Below are positions 17,549 through 25,878 of a stretch of 34,623 nt of DNA, piece by piece. Positions within the stretch are counted from its first letter, which is position 1; the number at the start of each line of letters is the position of its first letter. The notes under the pieces are model-generated. The model made no database searches, had not been told where the DNA came from, and saw only the letters and a program-made list of their open reading frames with translations. The position numbers were made by a program, and so were the translations under genes. This DNA comes from Christensenellaceae bacterium. GTDB lineage: Bacteria > Bacillota > Clostridia > Christensenellales > Borkfalkiaceae. Location: assembly GCA_045653965.1 (NCBI GenBank), contig JAZOMM010000065.1:1-34623 (forward strand). Direction: 5' to 3'.

Positions 17549-18481
17549 TTAATTAATACTATATTTTTCAATAATTGCTTTTGCTGAATTTATGACTTCA
17601 TCTCTTAGCGACTGTGGTGAAATTACCTTAATTCCATTCCCATACGAAATAATTTTTGAAATAAGCCCATTATCAAAAGGTAGTTTAACTTCGGCAATAT
17701 GTTTGCCATTTTTATATGTAATATTTTCGATTCCTAGCCATTCTTCAATGTCGGATAAGCATTTTTTATCAATTTCAAATATAACATCTTGAGTAGTGGT
17801 GTCACTATCCCAAAAACTTAGTGGCAAATCTTGTTGGTCTATATCTTTTCTTTTAAATTTTTGGTTTAATATAGTTGCTTGTTCAATTCTACCTGTCTTA
17901 AAAAACCTAAATTCATTTCTCAAATGGCAATATGCAAAAACATACCAAAGACCTTGCTTAAAAACAATAACGTGTGGTTCTATAACTCTTTCAGTAATTT
18001 CGCCATTTCTATCATGATAACGAATTAAAATATTATTATTGTTTTCAATGCATTTTTGCAAAACATTAAGTTTTGCTTTATATCCAACAGCATCGCCCCA
18101 AGGACCTGCATCAATGATAAGGTTTCCACTTTTTAAGTTTACACTGCTATATTCGTTTCTTACCACTGATTTTAATTTATTTATAACATTTGCTATATCG
18201 TTATTTGGCACGCTTGTTGTAATTGCAGTAAGAGCGCCAATGGTTTGTTCAAACTCGTGCTGTGTTAGAAAGGTAGATGAAAACTTAAATGTGTCAATAA
18301 TTGCAAAACCGCCATTATTACCACGAATAGTGTATATAGGCACGCCAGCAAGTTCTAAACAATTTATGTACCTATGAATACTTCTAACACTAACTTCATA
18401 TTTTTCTGCTAAATATGATGCTTTAACGCATTTTTTTGACATGAGTTCAAATAAAATTCTAAGCATTATTTCATATTTCAT
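17549..18481 (-). CDS. HTH + WYL domain transcriptional regulator
   Basis: It has an N-terminal wHTH (ASYLAEKYEVSVRSIHRYINCLELAGVPIYTIRGNNGGFAI) and a WYL-like block (GLWYVFAYCHLRNEFRFFKTGRI). The start is set at the ATG at 18481 (MKYEIML...) because of a perfect AGGAG RBS. The track ORF extends to 18547. Confidence 0.8.
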   Translation of the reverse strand: MKYEIMLRILFELMSKKCVKASYLAEKYEVSVRSIHRYINCLELAGVPIYTIRGNNGGFAIIDTFKFSSTFLTQHEFEQTIGALTAITTSVPNNDIANVINKLKSVVRNEYSSVNLKSGNLIIDAGPWGDAVGYKAKLNVLQKCIENNNNILIRYHDRNGEITERVIEPHVIVFKQGLWYVFAYCHLRNEFRFFKTGRIEQATILNQKFKRKDIDQQDLPLSFWDSDTTTQDVIFEIDKKCLSDIEEWLGIENITYKNGKHIAEVKLPFDNGLISKIISYGNGIKVISPQSLRDEVINSAKAIIEKYSIN

Positions 18482-18503
18482 AATTTTAATCTCCTTTTTT
18501 AAT

Positions 18504-18553
18504 ATTATATAATGATTTTTCAATTTTGTCAAATATATGACAGGCATATGTCA
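18504..18553 (-). promoter_or_regulatory. consensus sigma-A promoter of the WYL regulator, overlapped by TGTCA-N6-TGACA-N6-TGTCA half-sites
   Basis: On the minus strand, TTGACA (18532-18527) is followed by a 17-nt spacer and TATAAT (18509-18504). The half-sites lie at 18527-18531, 18538-18542 and 18549-18553. Confidence 0.6.
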
Positions 18554-18594
18554 CAAACATGTGTTATTATTTAGAAAAAAAGGGGAAATACACT

Positions 18595-18807
18595 ATGAAA
18601 AATATATTTGCAAAAATTTTTAGCAAAACTAAAAGTAAAAAAAATAGCACCTTTACGATAATAAATGAAAATAGAAAGTCACAAGTAAGACATCTTTTTA
18701 ATGTGAAAAATAAAAAAGAAAGGCAAGATAGTTGCCTTTCAAAGTATTTTGAAAATATAAAGGGATTAAATCAAATTGAAAGAAATATTTATTCAAAGAC
18801 CTTTTAA
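18595..18807 (+). CDS. small lysine-rich hypothetical protein (70 aa)
   Basis: ATG 18595 has an AGGGGA RBS 8 nt upstream. It is divergent from the WYL regulator. Its 3' end overlaps the murG stop by 4 nt, convergently. I recognise no homology. Confidence 0.35.
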   Translation: MKNIFAKIFSKTKSKKNSTFTIINENRKSQVRHLFNVKNKKERQDSCLSKYFENIKGLNQIERNIYSKTF

Positions 18808-19856
18808 TTTATACTGTCTATCAATATTCTAGATATTTGTCTGCTTGAATCAGTTATCGGCGATGCATCAAAATTTCGTTTTAGATTGTGCCTATTTGAA
18901 TAGGTTGAATTTATTGCTAGAGATAGCGATTCAGGTGTAAGAACATTTTGGGGTAAAACATTTACTAAACCCAATTTTTGAAAGTATTCAGCATTTAGAA
19001 CTTGGTCACCACGAGAATTGCCTTTTGGAAGTGGAATTAAAATAGAAGGAATTTTTAGGGCAAGAAGTTCAAAGACCGTGTTAGAACCAGCACGAGAAAT
19101 ACATATTGAACAAATACTAAAAGCAAGTTCTATATTGTTTAAATATTCGGTTTGATAATATCCTTTTAATTTAATGTTTTTATCTAAATTGCCTTTTCCA
19201 CATATATGAATTATGTCAAACTTAGGCAGAAGGTCAATAAGAGAACTTCTAATTGTATTATTTATTGCCATTGCTCCTTGACTTCCACCAGTTATAAGAA
19301 GAATAGGTTTATTGCCTGTAAAACCAAAATATTCGAGTGCTTCGCTAGTTTTTGTAGAAATAAGTGTTTTTCTTATTGGTGGACCAACGAATTCGCCATT
19401 TTTTATTGATTTAGCCGTTTCCTTAAAAGATGTTAAAACTTTTTTGCAGTATTTAGCAGTAAGTTTATTTGCTAAACCAATTGAATAATCGCTTTCGTGT
19501 GCAATTATAGGTATTTTTCGTTTTTTTGCAGCGAGAATAGTTGGCACAGCCACATATCCACCTTTTGAGAATATAATGTCTGGCTTTATCATGTCAAGAA
19601 TTTTTCCGGCCTTAATATATCCAGAAACAAGTTTAATTGGTATAGTAAAATTCTTAAAAGTAAAACTTCTATTTAATTTTGCACAAGGCACAGAGTAATA
19701 GGGAATACCTGCTTGTTTTATTATATTTTTTTCTATTCCATTTTCACTGCCAATATAATATATTGAATCAAAATCTTTTTTTATATAAGGTAATATTGCT
19801 AAATGTGGTGTTACATGACCGGCAGTGCCACCACCAGTTAAAATAATTTTTGCCAT
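18804..19856 (-). CDS. murG: undecaprenyldiphospho-muramoylpentapeptide beta-N-acetylglucosaminyltransferase
   Basis: It has the N-terminal LTGGGTAGHVTPHLA motif and the C-terminal GT28 pattern (ISRAGSNTVFELLAL). Confidence 0.95.
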   Translation of the reverse strand: MAKIILTGGGTAGHVTPHLAILPYIKKDFDSIYYIGSENGIEKNIIKQAGIPYYSVPCAKLNRSFTFKNFTIPIKLVSGYIKAGKILDMIKPDIIFSKGGYVAVPTILAAKKRKIPIIAHESDYSIGLANKLTAKYCKKVLTSFKETAKSIKNGEFVGPPIRKTLISTKTSEALEYFGFTGNKPILLITGGSQGAMAINNTIRSSLIDLLPKFDIIHICGKGNLDKNIKLKGYYQTEYLNNIELAFSICSICISRAGSNTVFELLALKIPSILIPLPKGNSRGDQVLNAEYFQKLGLVNVLPQNVLTPESLSLAINSTYSNRHNLKRNFDASPITDSSRQISRILIDSIN

Positions 19857-19926
19857 ACATTATATATATGCAATTTAATAAAAGGTATTCTATGTAGATA
19901 AATTAAATAAATAAGCAATGTATAAA

Positions 19927-19961
19927 TAAAAAATCTCAATGCAATGCATTGAGATTTTTTT
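19927..19961 (-). terminator. rho-independent (bidirectional) terminator after the 1042-aa surface protein gene
   Basis: aaaaaa-tctcaatg-caatg-cattgaga-ttttttt. Confidence 0.8.
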
Positions 19962-19977
19962 AGTTTAAGAAATAATC

Positions 19978-22900
19978 TTAGTCGTTTTCAGTTTTGTCTT
20001 CTTCTTTTTCTTCTTCACCAAAGACTTGAACATCACCATAAACATAAGAATCTAAAGATTGTTCATCGTTATTTCCTTCATCATTTGTTGGTTCGTCAAT
20101 ATTAACATCGATATCAATATCAACTTCTTCAACCTTAGATTTTGTAGATGGTTTTTTTGTTCTGCTTCTTACAGTGTAGTGTGATTTTGCATCACTCTTG
20201 TTTGCTTTGCGTCTTTGTCTAAAGTTTTTAATGAATAGCATTATAATTGCAACGACAAGTGCAACACCAATTATGATTGAAGACAATGATAACCAGAAGG
20301 CTGCAGGGTCTGTTTGAGTTGCAGATTCATCTGTGGTTACATCTTCATCAACGTTAGTTGCATATGGGTCAACTTCAGTTGGGTCAATAGTGTTATAGAT
20401 TGCATAAATCATTTTATATGTTTTTGCCCAAACATAATTAGATTTATATTCAATCTTCTTGCTATTTTCAGAATTATATTGTTTTTCAAGTGTTGTCAAC
20501 TCTCTTTGATAAGCAATTAAATCTAATTCATCTTCAATGTTACCAAATTGATTGTATAATGGTGATTCGCTTTCGCTGAAAGCATCTTGCCAACGAGAAT
20601 GTTCTTCAAAAGCACTTGAATCAACAATAGAAACTTCATCAAAGAATACATAGCCGTTTTGAGTTAAAGCAGTAGTATTGTCACGAGCACCGTTCCAAAG
20701 TTCAACTCTAAAATTCTTTTCAGTTGCACCTGTAGCAACATAGAATTCTACGGTTACCCAGCCATTATCATCTAACATTGATTCATCAATAGTAAGAACT
20801 AATTCTTTATCTTGAATAACTTCACCGAAGTTATCATATTCACCATCGCTAGTGTTTACTGTAAATGAATTGAGTTTCATAACATCTTTTTCAACATTTG
20901 ATGTGTCAACGATGTAAATATATGCTTCTGCGTTATAAACTCTAACTTTAACTGAAACTTTAGCATAAGAATTAACGTTAATGGTGTGGTTTTCGCTGAT
21001 GAAACCATAACTCTTTCCTTCAGTCTTAATCATAAGTGGCTGTATGCTTTCAGTATCATTATGGTTAAGAGCATCATCAACGTCTGATAGGTTAGGGTTT
21101 TGTGTATAGTTGTTCAAGTACTTGCTGTTAATTAAGCCAGCATAGTCATTATTGTTTGTTTTAATAATGTCTTGTTCGTTACCTGTGATGTAATAATGTC
21201 CAGATTCAATACCAGTATAAAATCTAGGATTTGCAGGATTGTCTAATATTTGACCAATACTACTTGTAGCAACTGTAAATGTGTATGAATCAGAAGATGT
21301 TGTTCCATCTGCAATGTAATCTTCATTAAATCCAGCGTAAAGTGCTGTTGAACCAGCAGATGTGTCAGATAACAACTTATAATATTGATAATTAGAGGTT
21401 TCTATTTCATTTATTTCATCTTGTTCTGTGGCATATTGATATGTTTTTCCAGAGCAAACGATAGGTGATGAAATTGTAACAGTGCCTAATGCATAGTTGT
21501 CTATATTAGCAGTGTATTCATCTGGGCCGATAACAATTTCTAAATTAAACTTACGAACTGTAGTATGTTTGTCTTCATCAAAGTTGTTTTTAACAGTTAT
21601 AGTATATTTTACCCATTCATCGCTAGTTTCAGAAATTGTTGCAACGGCTGGTCTTTCAACAGATTCATTGCCAAATATATCTTGTACATTAATAATAATG
21701 TTTGGAGAATAAAGTTTGCTTAAAGTGTTCTTTACAAAGAATGTGATTGTTGAATAACTTTCGCCAGATAACTCAAATGGAACGCCATTATTATCAAGTT
21801 TAATAGAATAACTTGCAGGTTTATTAAGTTTAACTTCAAGTCCATTTGCACTGCCATATGGTGTATCTAAACTATTTTTATGTGAAAGTGAAACTGATGC
21901 AGCATTATTAAAGTTACCGGTATAGTTACCACCTTTATATTGTGTAAATCCATAATAATCTTGGTCTGTTGTATCGTTATGGAAATTTGCAGTCGTTGAA
22001 TAACCAGAGATATTTGCTAGGTTAACAGACATATCGTAAAGATATAAGTTGTTATCAACATAGTCTGATGCTTTAACCATTGGCTTAGAATCTTTATTGT
22101 TATATGAAATTATGTTAATATTTGTGTTTGTGTAATTAGCAATGCTTGTTTGATATTCATCTTTATCTAACAATTCAACACAAATATCATCAAAATAAGC
22201 AGTACCTGTTGCAGCATAATTGTCGTTACCAATACTTAACTCAAGTGTAAATTTAGTTTCAAAAACAGAATCTGCTTTTACATAGAATACATATTGTTTC
22301 CATTCTGTGCTAGTTATGTTGTAAATACCATAATTAGATTGTTGACTTCCGTTAAAAGAGTTTTTAATAGAAATGTTTGCACCGATAGGTTCGCCATAAT
22401 GAGCAGTTGTTTTATCAGTATTTAAGTTTGCTGTCTTAACCCAAGCGCTAATTTTTGCATATTCGCCAAGATTTAACTTGATTTCTGTTGAAGATGAAAG
22501 TTTTTGCACGCAACCATAAGCATAATGATTTTTAAGGTAGTTGTTAAGCATGTATACTTTATTATCAATATCATTTGCGTGTGTGCCAGGATTTTTGAAA
22601 GCATACTTAACATCAGGGTTTGGTGTTTCTGGTATTAAAAAATAATTATCAATGATGTATTCTTTTATTTCATCAGAGGTGACAACTTTACTTGAGTTGC
22701 CATCTTTAATTATGTTTTTAATATCTTCTGTGTCAAAGTTGTTAAGATATTTAACGTATGACAAAATTCCATCATCTTTATATAAGTTTGACATAAGTTC
22801 GGTCCAACCATAGTCGGATACGTCAATTACACCAGACTTAGATGTTGCAACCTTAGTAAAAGACCAATCATCAACAGTTGTTTTTGGATAATCTGAATAC

Positions 22901-23106
22901 TTCATAGCCTGTGTGCCAAAAGTAAATGAAGGGTTTTTGATTTCACTATCACTTCTATCAGAATAAGAATATTCTGGTATAGTATCGGCTTCATCGTCTT
23001 TTTTACAAGCAGTTGCCATAAATAAAGATATGCACATCAACGTTGCAAGAATAAAAACAAGAAGTTTTTTAATTGTTAAAAATTTTGAGTTAGTTTTTCT
23101 CGTCAT
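19978..23106 (-). CDS. large cell-surface protein with lipoprotein-type signal peptide, three beta-sandwich (CBM-like) modules, C-terminal TM anchor and acidic tail
   Basis: The N-terminus LMCISLFMATAC is lipobox-like. Three divergent modules end in similar strands (EWKQYVFYVKA...LELSIGND...AYFDDICV; DEWVKYTITVKN...LEIVIGPD...; NGWVTVEFYVAT...VELWNGARD...VFFDEVSI). The C-terminus has the hydrophobic helix WLSLSSIIIGVALVVAIIMLFI followed by RQRRK and an Asp/Glu-rich tail. Confidence 0.7.
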   Translation of the reverse strand: MTRKTNSKFLTIKKLLVFILATLMCISLFMATACKKDDEADTIPEYSYSDRSDSEIKNPSFTFGTQAMKYSDYPKTTVDDWSFTKVATSKSGVIDVSDYGWTELMSNLYKDDGILSYVKYLNNFDTEDIKNIIKDGNSSKVVTSDEIKEYIIDNYFLIPETPNPDVKYAFKNPGTHANDIDNKVYMLNNYLKNHYAYGCVQKLSSSTEIKLNLGEYAKISAWVKTANLNTDKTTAHYGEPIGANISIKNSFNGSQQSNYGIYNITSTEWKQYVFYVKADSVFETKFTLELSIGNDNYAATGTAYFDDICVELLDKDEYQTSIANYTNTNINIISYNNKDSKPMVKASDYVDNNLYLYDMSVNLANISGYSTTANFHNDTTDQDYYGFTQYKGGNYTGNFNNAASVSLSHKNSLDTPYGSANGLEVKLNKPASYSIKLDNNGVPFELSGESYSTITFFVKNTLSKLYSPNIIINVQDIFGNESVERPAVATISETSDEWVKYTITVKNNFDEDKHTTVRKFNLEIVIGPDEYTANIDNYALGTVTISSPIVCSGKTYQYATEQDEINEIETSNYQYYKLLSDTSAGSTALYAGFNEDYIADGTTSSDSYTFTVATSSIGQILDNPANPRFYTGIESGHYYITGNEQDIIKTNNNDYAGLINSKYLNNYTQNPNLSDVDDALNHNDTESIQPLMIKTEGKSYGFISENHTINVNSYAKVSVKVRVYNAEAYIYIVDTSNVEKDVMKLNSFTVNTSDGEYDNFGEVIQDKELVLTIDESMLDDNGWVTVEFYVATGATEKNFRVELWNGARDNTTALTQNGYVFFDEVSIVDSSAFEEHSRWQDAFSESESPLYNQFGNIEDELDLIAYQRELTTLEKQYNSENSKKIEYKSNYVWAKTYKMIYAIYNTIDPTEVDPYATNVDEDVTTDESATQTDPAAFWLSLSSIIIGVALVVAIIMLFIKNFRQRRKANKSDAKSHYTVRSRTKKPSTKSKVEEVDIDIDVNIDEPTNDEGNNDEQSLDSYVYGDVQVFGEEEKEEDKTEND

Positions 23107-23283
23107 AATTCACCTTTTACACATTTGAATTCTTAGCGCAATGGCCAAGTAGTAAACATTTTTTACACATTGAAGATATTATATAATATTTAGACAAAAA
23201 AATCAAGGACTAAACAAGCAAATATCTCTTTTTTTTCTAAAAAAATAGTAAAAAAATATTTTTATTGCTGATAATAATAGCAA

Positions 23284-23679
23284 ATGAAAGAAAACAAGAC
23301 AAAAAATAGCACGAAAGATGTTAAACACGGCACCTTAATTGCGATATTTACAGGTGCTGTATCTGGACTTATAAACGGTATTTTTGGTGGTGGCGGTGGT
23401 ATGATTGTTGTTCCTATGCTAACAAAACTTTTAAAATACCAATCTAAAAATTCGCACGCAACTGCAATTTTAATAATATTGCCACTTTCAATAATAAGTG
23501 GGGTGCTATATTTAACTTTTGGCAAGTTTAAATTAAGCATTGGCGTGCCAGTAGGTATTGGTATTATAATAGGTGGAATAATAGGTGCTATTTTATTATC
23601 AAAACTTTCTTCAAAATGGGTTATTATTATTTTTGCCATTGTTATGGCTATTGCAGGTGGCAAAATGTTATTATTTTAA
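23284..23679 (+). CDS. TSUP (TauE/SafE) family transporter, half-size subunit 1
   Basis: 131 aa and 4 TM, with the Gly-rich GIFGGGGGMIVVP motif typical of TSUP repeat units. Confidence 0.7.
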   Translation: MKENKTKNSTKDVKHGTLIAIFTGAVSGLINGIFGGGGGMIVVPMLTKLLKYQSKNSHATAILIILPLSIISGVLYLTFGKFKLSIGVPVGIGIIIGGIIGAILLSKLSSKWVIIIFAIVMAIAGGKMLLF

Positions 23680-23698
23680 TTAAAAATTAGAGGTGAAA

Positions 23699-24070
23699 AT
23701 GCAGTATTTATGGTATGGATTTGCAGGTCTTGTTGGTGGACTTTTAGGTGGTATGGGAATGGGTGGTGGAACACTTCTTATTCCACTACTTACAATTTTT
23801 TATTCGGTGGGCCAACATACGGCACAAGCAATAAATTTAATAGGGTTTATTCCAATGGCAATAGTTGCACTAATTATCCATATAAAAAACGGCTTAGTAA
23901 AATACGATAAAGTTGTTATAATTATTATTTCTGGTGCATTAACTTGTGTGGCAGGTTGTTTTTTAGCGAAGATAATGAGTGGTAATTTGCTTAGGCGTTG
24001 TTTTGGTGGCTTTTTGTTGGTGTTATCAGTATTTCAGTTTATTGATGGTGTTAAATATGGCAAAAACTAA
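23699..24070 (+). CDS. TSUP (TauE/SafE) family transporter, half-size subunit 2
   Basis: About 123 aa and 4 TM, with the GGMGMGGGTLLIP motif. ATG 23699 has an AGAGGTGA RBS (the track starts at GTG 23693). Confidence 0.7.
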   Translation: MQYLWYGFAGLVGGLLGGMGMGGGTLLIPLLTIFYSVGQHTAQAINLIGFIPMAIVALIIHIKNGLVKYDKVVIIIISGALTCVAGCFLAKIMSGNLLRRCFGGFLLVLSVFQFIDGVKYGKN

Positions 24071-24272
24071 ATTATAATTTGTGCAAGTAGCACAAAAGTG
24101 ATTTGGTTAAAAATTGCTCAAAAATGTAAAAAAAACACATAATGTTTCATTATATTTGTATTAAAATCATTACATAAAACCTTGCTAAATCTAATGCAAT
24201 CAAAAAAATAAAAAAAATTGCACAAAATTTTCAAAAAGGTATGTACAAATAAAATATTTTATGTTATAATTA

Positions 24273-25820
24273 GTGCGAAAATATTATAATGGTACGGTGA
24301 GTAAATTGGAAAAAATTGCAATCATAGATTTAGGCTCGAATACAGCAAGATTACTTTTAGTAGAAGTTAAAGAAACTGGTCATTTTCAAATTGTAGACCA
24401 ACTTAAAGAAAGTCCTCGTCTTGGCGAAGGAATGGAAAAGGACGGTTTCTTAAAACCTGCTCGTGTACAAGAAACAATTAAAACCTTAAAAATGTTTAGA
24501 AAACTATGCGATGTTAACGGCATTGAAAGAATTATTGCTGTTGCAACGGCTGCAGTTCGCCGTGCAAAAAATCAACGCAGTTTTCTTGATGAAGTTAGCG
24601 CAACATGTGGCATTAAGTTACGTGTTTTAAGTGCTGAAGAAGAAGCGATATATGTTTATCGTGGTGTTGTAAACACTATGGATATTCCTAAAGGAATAAT
24701 TTTAGAAATCGGTGGTGGAAGCACTAAAATCGTTTATTATAACAGACGAAATTTGCTTAATTATGAAACACTACCTTTTGGGGCTATAACGCTTACAGAA
24801 TTATTTGCCGATGATGGATTGTCTCCAACCGAACAAACACAAAAAATTGAAGAATTCTTTACTGAACAATTAAAACAAATTGAGTGGCTTAAAGACGTTG
24901 ACCCTGAAGCACAAATGATTGGCGTTGGTGGTTCGTTTAGAAATCTTTGTCGTATGACAAAAATTATGAAAAAATATCCACTTAAGACAATTCATAATTA
25001 TGTTATAAATGATAACGACTTTAATCATGTTTTTGACTTAGTAAAAGGTCTTGACCTTGACAGGAAAAAGAAGATTAAAGGTTTGTCAAGTGATAGGGCA
25101 GATATTTTTCCAAGTGCTCTCGCTGTAATTTCAGCATTTAAAAAGTATATGAACTTGCAAAATGTTGTTATTAGTGGAAGTGGTTTGCGTACGGGATTGC
25201 TTTATAACTATGTTGTTCCATCTACACTCGATAAGCCAATTTCAGATGTGCTTACTTATAGTTTGAACAATTTAATTAACCTATTTGGTTGTGACCAAAA
25301 GCATACCGAACAAGTTGTAAATCTTTCAGTTCAATTATTTAAGCAACTTAGAGTTTTACACAAATTTCCAAGGCAATATCTAAAGATTTTAAAGGTTGCT
25401 GCTTATCTATATGATACAGGAAAGCGTGTTGGTTTTTATAACTTTGAAAAACATAGTGGATATGTTATTTTGAACTCTAATATATATGGAATTTCGCATA
25501 GAGACTTAGTTCTTGCATCGTTTGTTGCTTCTAATACGGCTATAGAAGATATAAATCCTTTCGATTGGACAAGGTATCGTGATTTAGTTGCTGATGAAGA
25601 TATCGATGTTGTTAAGAAGATGGGCTTAATGCTTCGTATAGCAAGTGCTTTAGATAGAAGTTTATCTTCTGTTATTAAAGGTGTAAATTGCGATATATTA
25701 GGTGATTCGGTTATCGTTAAGACAGAAGTTGATGGAGATGCAACTTTAGAAATCAATTCAGCATTTGATATCAGTTCAGATTTTAGAAAAATATTTAAGA
25801 AAAATTTAGAAATTCTTTAA
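24273..25820 (+). CDS. ppx: Ppx/GppA family phosphatase (exopolyphosphatase) with C-terminal HD-like domain
   Basis: IIDLGSNTARL and EIGGGSTK are ASKHA phosphate motifs. The start is uncertain (GTG 24273 or in-frame GTG 24297). Confidence 0.85.
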   Translation: MRKYYNGTVSKLEKIAIIDLGSNTARLLLVEVKETGHFQIVDQLKESPRLGEGMEKDGFLKPARVQETIKTLKMFRKLCDVNGIERIIAVATAAVRRAKNQRSFLDEVSATCGIKLRVLSAEEEAIYVYRGVVNTMDIPKGIILEIGGGSTKIVYYNRRNLLNYETLPFGAITLTELFADDGLSPTEQTQKIEEFFTEQLKQIEWLKDVDPEAQMIGVGGSFRNLCRMTKIMKKYPLKTIHNYVINDNDFNHVFDLVKGLDLDRKKKIKGLSSDRADIFPSALAVISAFKKYMNLQNVVISGSGLRTGLLYNYVVPSTLDKPISDVLTYSLNNLINLFGCDQKHTEQVVNLSVQLFKQLRVLHKFPRQYLKILKVAAYLYDTGKRVGFYNFEKHSGYVILNSNIYGISHRDLVLASFVASNTAIEDINPFDWTRYRDLVADEDIDVVKKMGLMLRIASALDRSLSSVIKGVNCDILGDSVIVKTEVDGDATLEINSAFDISSDFRKIFKKNLEIL

Positions 25821-25829
25821 TAAAACATG

Positions 25830-25855
25830 CGCTGTGAGTTCACAGCGTTTGTTTT
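25830..25855 (+). terminator. rho-independent terminator after ppx
   Basis: cgctgtg-agtt-cacagcg is followed by tttgtttt. Confidence 0.75.
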
Positions 25856-25878
25856 AATATAAAAAGCAGGTGATGAAA

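Noticed and set aside
23262-23663. A 133-aa minus-strand ORF almost exactly mirroring the first TSUP gene.
   Set aside because: The plus-strand frame carries the TSUP Gly-rich motif and a 4-TM pattern and is followed by its partner gene. The minus-strand frame is the Pro/Ile-rich complement.
24071-24272. A 200-nt AT-rich gap upstream of ppx with a small palindrome (ttgtgc-aagta-gcacaa at about 24089-24105).
   Set aside because: The stem is only 6 bp with no T-tract and no conserved riboswitch-like motifs that I can recognise. It is probably just a promoter or spacer region.
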